A stretch of 64,000 bases of DNA, taken from Candidatus Omnitrophota bacterium. GTDB lineage: Bacteria > Omnitrophota > Gorgyraeia > B26-G9. Positions 57,102-64,000 of the stretch are shown here, one piece after another; position 1 is the stretch's first letter, and every line of letters starts with the position of its first letter. The stretch lies in contig JAHITE010000080.1 of assembly GCA_018817585.1 (NCBI GenBank), positions 5,774 through 69,773 of the forward strand. The letters are read 5' to 3'. The position numbers were made by a program, and so were the translations under genes. Under the pieces are notes generated by a model. The model saw nothing but the letters and a program-made list of their open reading frames with translations. It was not told the origin of the DNA and did no database searches.

Positions 57102-59195
57102 ATGGCACGTTTAATCGAATTAGATAAGGTAAGAAATATTGGCATCATGGCGCATATTGACGCGGGAAAGACTACGGTAACCGAAAGAATATTGTTTTAT
57201 ACCGGCAGATCGCATAAGATCGGTGAAGTACATGACGGTAAAGCGCAGATGGATTGGATGAAGCAGGAACAGGAAAGAGGGATCACGATTACCTCCGCGG
57301 CGACAACCTGCGCTTGGAATGGACATAAGATTAATATTATTGATACTCCCGGTCACGTTGATTTTACCGTAGAAGTTGAGCGTAGTTTGCGAATCCTTGA
57401 TGGCGCAGTTGCCGTGTTTTGCGCGGTTGGCGGTGTAGAACCTCAGTCGGAAACAGTTTGGAGACAATCTGATAAATATCAAGTCCCAAAGATCGCGTTT
57501 ATTAATAAAATGGATCGGATTGGTGCTGACTTTTTTTCAGTTGTAAAAAACATTGAAGATGATCTTGGGGCAAATGTTATTCCCTTGCAGATTCCGATGG
57601 GCGCGGAAGATCATTTTATTGGAATTATTGACTTGCTGGAAATGCAAGCCTGTATTTATGAAGATGATTCACAAGGTAAGAATTTCCGGTTGGAAGCGAT
57701 TCCCGCGGAGTACGCGGAAAAAGTTAAAGAATTTCAGCATAATTTGCTGGAAAAAGCTGTGGAATTAGACGATAGTTTAATGGAAAAATATTTAGAAGAC
57801 GAAAATTCTATCACTAAAGAAGAGCTGATTGCCGCGATCCGCAAAGGAACAATTGCTAATAAAATTGTTCCGGTTTTGTGCGGTTCGGCATTTAAGAACA
57901 AAGGTGTGCAGAGATTGCTGGACGCGGTTACTATGTATCTGCCATCGCCAGTTGATTTGCCGCCGGTTGAAGGTCATGATCCGGATGATGTAGAAAAGAA
58001 AATTCTTCGCAGGCCTGATGATAATGAACCCTTTTCCGCGCTTGCTTTTAAAATTCAGGCTGATCCGCATATGGGGAAATTAGTATATTTCCGGGTTTAC
58101 TCCGGAACAATCAAAGCCGGCACCTATATTTATAATTCAACTAAAGGCAGAAAAGAAAGAGTCGGCCGTTTGATGCAGATGCATGCTAATACCCGGGATA
58201 TGCGCGAAGAGATTTGCGCTGGGGATATCGCGGCGGTTGTTGGTTTAGATCGCACGATAACCGGGGATACGCTTTGTGATGAGGATAATCAGGTTGTGCT
58301 TGAGGCCATGGAATTTCCCGCGCCGGTTATGTCTTTGAGTATTAAACCGCAAAGTCGTCCGGATCAGGATAAGCTGGGCAAAGGCTTGATGCGCTTAGCT
58401 GAAGAAGATCCGACTTTTACAGTGCAAACAGATAAAGAGACTGATGAAACTATTCTTTCCGGAATGGGAGAATTACATCTGGAAATCATTGTCGACCGCT
58501 TAAAGCATGAATTTAAAGTAGAAGCAGTTGTTGGAAAACCAAAGGTTGCTTATCGGGAGACAATCACCGCTAGTGCTACTGAAAACTATAAGCATGTTAA
58601 GCAAACAGGTGGTAAAGGACAGTACGCGCATGTGGTGCTTAAGATTTATCCTGCTGAGCCGGGACATGGTTTTGAGTTTGTCAATAAGATTACCGGAGGA
58701 TCAATTCCCCGGGAATATATTCCGGCGGTTGAAAAAGGGGTTATTGAGAGAATGCTAAAAGGAAGTTTTGCCGGATATCCAGTTGTCGACGTTATGGTTG
58801 AATTAACTGATGGTTCTTACCATGATGTTGATTCTTCAGAAATGGCGTTTAAAGTCTGCGCGTCAGAGTGTTTTAAACGCGCGTTTATGAATGCGTCACC
58901 AATCTTGCTGGAACCTTATATGTCTATTGAAGCCTCATCTCCGGAAGAATATACCGGATCTGTAGTTGGCGATATGTGTTCCCGCCGCGGAAAAGTATTG
59001 GGCATGGAAATGAAGGCTAAACTGCAGATTGTCTCAGCAGAAGCTCCGCTGTCAGAAATGTTTGGATATGCCAGTGCCTTGCGTTCAATGAGCAGCGGCA
59101 GAGCGAATTATTCAATGCATTTTGAAAAATACATTGAAGTTCCTTTCTCGATCGCGGAAAAGATTATTGAAGAGAAAAAGCAGGTTAAAAAGTAA
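57102..59195 (+). CDS. fusA: elongation factor G, stand-alone copy
   Basis: [27 protein letters not shown] and the full five-domain length (697 aa). Not within a str/S10 operon context in this window. Confidence 0.9.
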   Translation: MARLIELDKVRNIGIMAHIDAGKTTVTERILFYTGRSHKIGEVHDGKAQMDWMKQEQERGITITSAATTCAWNGHKINIIDTPGHVDFTVEVERSLRILDGAVAVFCAVGGVEPQSETVWRQSDKYQVPKIAFINKMDRIGADFFSVVKNIEDDLGANVIPLQIPMGAEDHFIGIIDLLEMQACIYEDDSQGKNFRLEAIPAEYAEKVKEFQHNLLEKAVELDDSLMEKYLEDENSITKEELIAAIRKGTIANKIVPVLCGSAFKNKGVQRLLDAVTMYLPSPVDLPPVEGHDPDDVEKKILRRPDDNEPFSALAFKIQADPHMGKLVYFRVYSGTIKAGTYIYNSTKGRKERVGRLMQMHANTRDMREEICAGDIAAVVGLDRTITGDTLCDEDNQVVLEAMEFPAPVMSLSIKPQSRPDQDKLGKGLMRLAEEDPTFTVQTDKETDETILSGMGELHLEIIVDRLKHEFKVEAVVGKPKVAYRETITASATENYKHVKQTGGKGQYAHVVLKIYPAEPGHGFEFVNKITGGSIPREYIPAVEKGVIERMLKGSFAGYPVVDVMVELTDGSYHDVDSSEMAFKVCASECFKRAFMNASPILLEPYMSIEASSPEEYTGSVVGDMCSRRGKVLGMEMKAKLQIVSAEAPLSEMFGYASALRSMSSGRANYSMHFEKYIEVPFSIAEKIIEEKKQVKK

Positions 59196-59325
59196 ATTAA
59201 AAGCATAAGATAAAGTTGACATCCCAATAGACTGTGTGTATTATATAAGCGTGTATGTTGTTGTTACAGAATGCTTAGGGGATTTAGACAACGCTTGTGT
59301 CTAAAGATGATTAAAAAAAGCCAGA

Positions 59326-59362
59326 GCAAAATCTGTTCTGGCTTTTTTTATTACGCACAGAT
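59326..59362 (+). terminator. rho-independent terminator (gccagaac...gttctggc + T8)
   Basis: Read from the sequence. Lies 130 bp past fusA and downstream of an independent promoter (59216-59245). Confidence 0.6.
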
Positions 59363-59370
59363 TTTCAGTA

Positions 59371-59472
59371 GGGACAGCCCTTGCGGCTGTCCGATATAAA
59401 AACAATATAAAATCAGCGGAATTGGGACAAATTATTGATAAACGGACAGGGGCAAGCCCTGTCCCTACTTGC
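59371..59472. repeat. REPIN-like doublet: two GC-rich hairpins in inverted orientation (tagggacagcc-cttgc-ggctgtccg ... cggacaggg-gcaagc-cctgtcccta)
   Basis: The outer arms agtagggacag / ctgtccctact are mutually complementary. Each unit is itself a hairpin and shares GGGACAG with the RAYT terminal repeats. Confidence 0.55.
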
Positions 59473-59517
59473 AACTTGGTGACCTGGTGACATTTTTACA
59501 AAGGAATTAAAATTAAG

Positions 59518-60762
59518 ATGATTATCCGCAGTGCGCAGCATAGTTTTAAGCAGACTTTTGATAATAGCACGCAGCCAATGTTGTTAGCCGACGCGCGATT
59601 AGAAAAAGTTCACGCGATAAATGCTGCCGCAGCCATCATCCTGGGATACCCTTTGGACAGATTAAAGCAGATAGGTATAAGCGATATTATGCAGATTAAG
59701 GATGAGCAGAAACAAAATATTCAATTAAGCTATTTATTTGGGAAAAATCAAAGATTTAAAACCAGTTTTTGTTTTATGCGTCAAGATAAAACTGTGTTTT
59801 GCGCGACTTGCCTGATTACTCTGGTTTGCGGTTCAGATAAAAAGCGTTTAGCTTATTTATTCAGCATTGAAAATATGAATCAATGCCGCCAAGAGCATAT
59901 TTGCAATTTGCTGGAGGCGGAAAAAGAAAAGATAAAACAGTTATTATTTTCAACCGAGTCCAGGCTAAAAGCGATTTTTAATTCCGCCAGTGACTGCATA
60001 TTTATTAAAGACCAGGAGTTAAGATATATTGATGTTAATCCCCGCATGGAGAAAAAATTCAAGATGCCTTTGTCTACAATCAGGGGCAAAACCGATACAG
60101 ATCTTTTTGGCAGCCAGGCCGCCCGGGAGAATGAAGAAGTCGATAGGCAGGTATTGCAAGGCAAAACAATGAGTTTCGAGCATAACAAAAATATAAATAA
60201 TATACCAAGCACTTTCCATATAATCAAGGTCCCGATTAAAGATAAACAAAACAAGATTATTGGTATCTGCGGCATTGCCCGGGATATAACCTCGCGCAAA
60301 CAATCAGAGGATGCTTTAAAAAAATATGAAATTCAGTTAGAAGCCCAGAATAAAGTTTTAATGATTAAAAATCTTGCCTTAAAGGAAATAATATCGCAAA
60401 TCGAACAGGAAAAAGATAAGGTTAAGCAGGATATTATTGGTCATATAGAGCAGGAGATTTTACCTTTACTGGGTAAGGTTGCTTTAAGAGGCCGGGCGGA
60501 AAAATATATTATGCTGATCAAAAAACATTTAACTGAGCTTAATAGTTCTTTGCGTTCCTCAAAGCAGGCCGCGGATTATAATTTTACTCCCAGAGAAGCG
60601 GAAATCTCCCGATTAATTCGTGACGGTTTGACCAGTAAAGAAATCGCCCAACTTTTAAATATTACCAGCCAGACAATTGATAAACATCGGCAGAATATCC
60701 GAAAAAAACTGGGAATTGATGATCAGGCTATTAATTTAACTTCTTATCTGGCAAAGCGATAA
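59518..60762 (+). CDS. PAS-PAS sensor fused to a LuxR-type HTH transcriptional regulator
   Basis: Two PAS-like segments and a C-terminal FTPREAEISRLIRDGLTSKEIAQLLNITSQTIDKHRQNIRKKLGI (GerE/LuxR HTH). Confidence 0.8.
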   Translation: MIIRSAQHSFKQTFDNSTQPMLLADARLEKVHAINAAAAIILGYPLDRLKQIGISDIMQIKDEQKQNIQLSYLFGKNQRFKTSFCFMRQDKTVFCATCLITLVCGSDKKRLAYLFSIENMNQCRQEHICNLLEAEKEKIKQLLFSTESRLKAIFNSASDCIFIKDQELRYIDVNPRMEKKFKMPLSTIRGKTDTDLFGSQAARENEEVDRQVLQGKTMSFEHNKNINNIPSTFHIIKVPIKDKQNKIIGICGIARDITSRKQSEDALKKYEIQLEAQNKVLMIKNLALKEIISQIEQEKDKVKQDIIGHIEQEILPLLGKVALRGRAEKYIMLIKKHLTELNSSLRSSKQAADYNFTPREAEISRLIRDGLTSKEIAQLLNITSQTIDKHRQNIRKKLGIDDQAINLTSYLAKR

Positions 60763-60859
60763 GTATTGACTTATCTCTTTACCCTGAAGTTTTTATACCC
60801 GATTCATACAGTAGAAATTCCTATTGTTATATTCTGGCTAATAATATATAGTTTTGCCA

Positions 60860-60868
60860 GGGGGGGGG
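60860..60868 (+). repeat. G9 homopolymer tract immediately upstream (8 nt) of a response-regulator start codon
   Basis: ccagggggggggcgagcttATG. A poly-G run in the RBS spacer of an otherwise AT-rich genome. Confidence 0.6.
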
Positions 60869-60875
60869 CGAGCTT

Positions 60876-61250
60876 ATGCATGTATTATTGGTGGTAGATG
60901 ATGAACCAGAAATTCGGTTAATCATGGAAAAGTTTTTTGCGAAACACGGGTTTTCAGTTTTAAGCGCTGAACACGGCGGTTATGCTCTGGAGATAATTCA
61001 GTCCCATGTTCAGATTGATTGTATTTTGTTAGACATGAAAATGCCAAAAGTCGATGGTTTCGCGGTATTAACCCAGCTTCGTCAGATTGGATGCGCTATC
61101 CCGATTATTTTGATCGGCGGCTCAGTGGGCGCGGAAAACGACATTGTAAAGCTGCAAGAATTGGGGTTTCAAGAAGAGGAGCTTTTATATAAACCAATAA
61201 GCTTGGATAAGCTTTTGGAAATAGTGAAATCGCGCCTAAATATAATTTAA
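60876..61250 (+). CDS. single-domain response regulator (CheY-like receiver)
   Basis: VLLVVDDEPEIRLIM...DCILLDMKMPKVDGF...KP. Confidence 0.85.
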   Translation: MHVLLVVDDEPEIRLIMEKFFAKHGFSVLSAEHGGYALEIIQSHVQIDCILLDMKMPKVDGFAVLTQLRQIGCAIPIILIGGSVGAENDIVKLQELGFQEEELLYKPISLDKLLEIVKSRLNII

Positions 61251-61644
61251 AATTTAGAGGATAGAAGCAGTGATATTGAATTTAGTGCTTGTCTATTGAG
61301 TCGAACATATTGGCTTAAGTAAAGATACATTGACATTTAAATTTATTCTATACTATAATATAGTTTAAATAAAGTTTACTAATTTTGGGGATATAGTGGT
61401 GTTAGTTTTTCTAGGCATCAATATACTGTAAATCAGAGAAAAGGGGCTGCTTGTATGCTGTCAGTAATTACAAGTAAGATCGCGGGGTATTTTAAACGGC
61501 AAATACGTTTGCGGTTTTTGCGAAAATATAGAAATATTGCGGCTAAATGCGGCAGAACATTACCGAATAATTAAAATAGTTTATGTTTAGTTATTCGGTT
61601 TTTCCTCTTCGTTAAACGCGCGCTCTCTGAAGGAGTCAGAATAT

Positions 61645-62970
61645 ATGTTAAATCCGATTCGTGCTTCGCTGGGTGCAAAGTTCATTTTTTTTCTAGGTAT
61701 TGTTTTAGTAGGTGTATTCTCATTAATCACTTTTTTAAATTTTGCTGCCCAAAAAGAAATTCTCCTGAATCGCGGCTTAAAAGAAGCTAATGATTTAGGC
61801 TGTTTGATTCTTACCGGAATCCGCTTTCCCATGCTGGAGGGAGATCAGGATATTATTCAGATGCAATTTGATGATTTTCGAAAATTATCCGGGATAAAAT
61901 CAATTAGTCTTCTTGACCATAACGGAACAATTAAAAGAAGTACTGACTGGGATATGCTTGAGAAAAGAGCAATCTCCCCATTGGTTGCAGACGCGCTGCT
62001 TGGCAAAGAATCCCATGGAATTGAAAACAGGAGAGTAGAAAATCAGGAGATTTTTACTGAGGCGATTCCGATCCCTAATGAAAATCAATGTATTGTTTGC
62101 CACGGAACAAAATATAAAATTCTCGGAGTTCTAAATATCAGCCTTGATTGGCAGCCCGTATTAACCGCGATTAATTCCGCTAAAAATTTAAGTATTATGA
62201 TCGCCATGATCGGTATGATTATTATCAGTATTTCCGTTGTATTCCTTTTGCTGCAAATTATTATTCGGCCTATTTTTATTGTTGAGCAGGGATTGAAGCG
62301 GGTATCCGAAGGAGATTTAAATTATAAACTGCCGACGACAAGAGGAGATGAGATCGGCCGAGTATCGAGAATGTTTAATCAAATGACCATTGATATCAGC
62401 AATTCTCTGCGTCGGGAAAAAGAATTAAGATATGCTGAACAATTAAAATCCAAGGAAATTACCGAATCTTTATCTTTAATTACTGCTACTATTGAGTCTA
62501 CGGCTGACGGGATTTTGGTGGTGAATGATAAAGGCCTGATTACCCGCTATAATCGCAATTTTCTGGATATCTGGAAAATTCCCGAGGAAATTTTAAAAAT
62601 CGGTGGCGATAGCACTTTTTGGGCCGAATCGTTTAAGCAAGTAGAAAATCCAGAGCAGGTTAAAGCAAGCGTTGAAAAAGCATACAGTCAGCCAGATTCC
62701 ACTAGTTTTGATATTATTAAATTTAAAAACGGTAAAATAATCGAGTGTGCCTCAAAGCCTCAGAAAATTGGAACATTGACTGTGGGCAGAGTCTGGAGTT
62801 TTCGCGATGTCACGGAACAAAAACTGACTGAAGAAGCGCTTAAAAACAAAATGAGTGAACTGGAACATTTCAATCACTTTGTTGTTGGCCGGGAAATAAA
62901 AATGAAAGAACTAAAAGAAGAGATTAGGGATTTAAAACAAGCAGCAAGCAAGTCAAAAACAGTTGAATAA
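61645..62970 (+). CDS. membrane sensor: periplasmic domain with a CxxCH haem-c motif, then TM, HAMP and PAS; no output domain
   Basis: TM1 (FIFFLGIVLVGVFSLITF), periplasmic ~150 aa containing ENQCIVCHG, TM2, HAMP (GDEIGRVSRMFNQM), PAS (STADGILVVNDKGLITRYN), and a coiled-coil C-end. Confidence 0.75.
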   Translation: MLNPIRASLGAKFIFFLGIVLVGVFSLITFLNFAAQKEILLNRGLKEANDLGCLILTGIRFPMLEGDQDIIQMQFDDFRKLSGIKSISLLDHNGTIKRSTDWDMLEKRAISPLVADALLGKESHGIENRRVENQEIFTEAIPIPNENQCIVCHGTKYKILGVLNISLDWQPVLTAINSAKNLSIMIAMIGMIIISISVVFLLLQIIIRPIFIVEQGLKRVSEGDLNYKLPTTRGDEIGRVSRMFNQMTIDISNSLRREKELRYAEQLKSKEITESLSLITATIESTADGILVVNDKGLITRYNRNFLDIWKIPEEILKIGGDSTFWAESFKQVENPEQVKASVEKAYSQPDSTSFDIIKFKNGKIIECASKPQKIGTLTVGRVWSFRDVTEQKLTEEALKNKMSELEHFNHFVVGREIKMKELKEEIRDLKQAASKSKTVE

Positions 62971-62992
62971 TTTTATACTCGGAGTGTTTATT

Positions 62993-64000
62993 ATGTCTGA
63001 ACAAAATAGCGCGTCAGAAAAACTATCGCAGGAAATAAAACAGCTAAAGCGAAAATTAGCAGAATCTGAGCAAACGGTGCTTGATCAATTCGCGCGCGCG
63101 GAAGAAAATAAAACGGTAAGCAGTATTTTAAATGCTGTGCCGCACGCGGTTATTGGCTTGGTTAACCAAAAAATTGTGTTTGCTAATAAAGCGGTAAAGA
63201 CAATATTTAATATAGATCGTGAGACAATCATTGGTCAATCAACCCGGAGGTTCTATCGCAGTGACGAGGATTTTCAGCGGATCGCCGATATGATTTATCC
63301 TGTATTAGACGGTAAAAAATGTTATGCCCAGGAATTCCCCTGCCGGACTTATGACGGCAGAGATATTATCTGTAATGTCAGCGCGGCGCGTTTTGGCGAG
63401 ACTTTGCAGGATAAAAGAATTGTCGTGATGTATGAAGATTGTGAAGATATTGCTTTGCGTAGACAAATTGAAAAAGACCTGCTATTATTAAGCAATTTAA
63501 TGGAACAATCCCGAGACGCGATTTTGTTCATTTCCCTGGAAAGCGCCAAGCTTATTTACGCGAACAAAGAAGCTTGTGAAAGTCTGGGATATGATAAAGC
63601 TGAGCTGCTTTCAAAAACAGTTTTGGATATAGCCCCGTTATTTACTCCAGAGCGTTGGGCTAAACATATCCAGTTGATTAAAGAATCAGCACTGACAATG
63701 CTGCAGAATACAATTCATAGACGAAAAGACGGTTCTCAGTTTCCGGTGGAAGTGAGTACTAAGTTTGTTCGCTTTGAGCAAAATAATTATCTAATTTCTA
63801 TTGTCCGCGATATTTCTGATAAGTCCAAAGAACAGGCAAAACTGGAAGGAATAAATAGTTTAAAGGATAATTTATTAGCTCCTGGAGAATTGACTGATAA
63901 AATGAAACTGGTAACTGACGCCGCGGTTAAGATATTTGATGCTGATTTTGCCAGAATATGGATGATCAAGCCAGGAGACTTGTGTGATAAGGACTGCATT
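62993..64000 (+). CDS. PAS-PAS-GAF signalling protein, 3' end outside the window (absent from the ORF track because there is no stop in the window)
   Basis: RBS ggagtg + ATG at 62993. Open for 336 codons to the window edge. PAS blocks and a GAF-like start (FDADFARIWMIKPGD). Confidence 0.75.
   Translation, partial: MSEQNSASEKLSQEIKQLKRKLAESEQTVLDQFARAEENKTVSSILNAVPHAVIGLVNQKIVFANKAVKTIFNIDRETIIGQSTRRFYRSDEDFQRIADMIYPVLDGKKCYAQEFPCRTYDGRDIICNVSAARFGETLQDKRIVVMYEDCEDIALRRQIEKDLLLLSNLMEQSRDAILFISLESAKLIYANKEACESLGYDKAELLSKTVLDIAPLFTPERWAKHIQLIKESALTMLQNTIHRRKDGSQFPVEVSTKFVRFEQNNYLISIVRDISDKSKEQAKLEGINSLKDNLLAPGELTDKMKLVTDAAVKIFDADFARIWMIKPGDLCDKDCI

Noticed and set aside
63349-63999. Minus-strand ORFs 63349-63549 and 63787-63999 from the ORF track.
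   Set aside because: They lie antisense within the long plus-strand PAS-PAS-GAF ORF (62993->64000), which is missing from the track only because it has no stop codon inside the window.

Overview
This is an AT-rich bacterial chromosomal segment of roughly 38-40% GC, with 17-bp spacer sigma70-like promoters and Shine-Dalgarno sites. I found no rRNA or tRNA genes and no CRISPR array. The gene content is dominated by c-di-GMP and two-component signalling (an HD-GYP phosphodiesterase, a PAS-GGDEF-HD-GYP protein, three histidine kinases, several receiver proteins, a PAS-LuxR regulator and a haem-c sensor). It also holds envelope and glycan enzymes (a GT4-AlkP-EEP fusion protein, a GT4/GH130 cluster, GH26 and clan GH-A hydrolases), a cold and osmotic stress block (DEAD-box helicase, two Csp genes, a KamA-family radical-SAM aminomutase with two Ddl-like ATP-grasp ligases and a GNAT acetyltransferase, and an EF-G) and one RAYT/IS200-like Y1 transposase flanked by perfect 19-bp inverted repeats. 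On top of the genes there are three copies of a conserved 14-bp palindrome fused to a promoter, GC-rich REP/REPIN-like hairpins, and a dispersed family of tandem GGTGAC octamers. A split FixJ-type regulator and three frameshifts at homopolymer runs may be assembly errors. The most interesting candidate is the kamA / ATP-grasp / ATP-grasp / GNAT operon, which looks like a beta-amino-acid peptide or osmolyte pathway.
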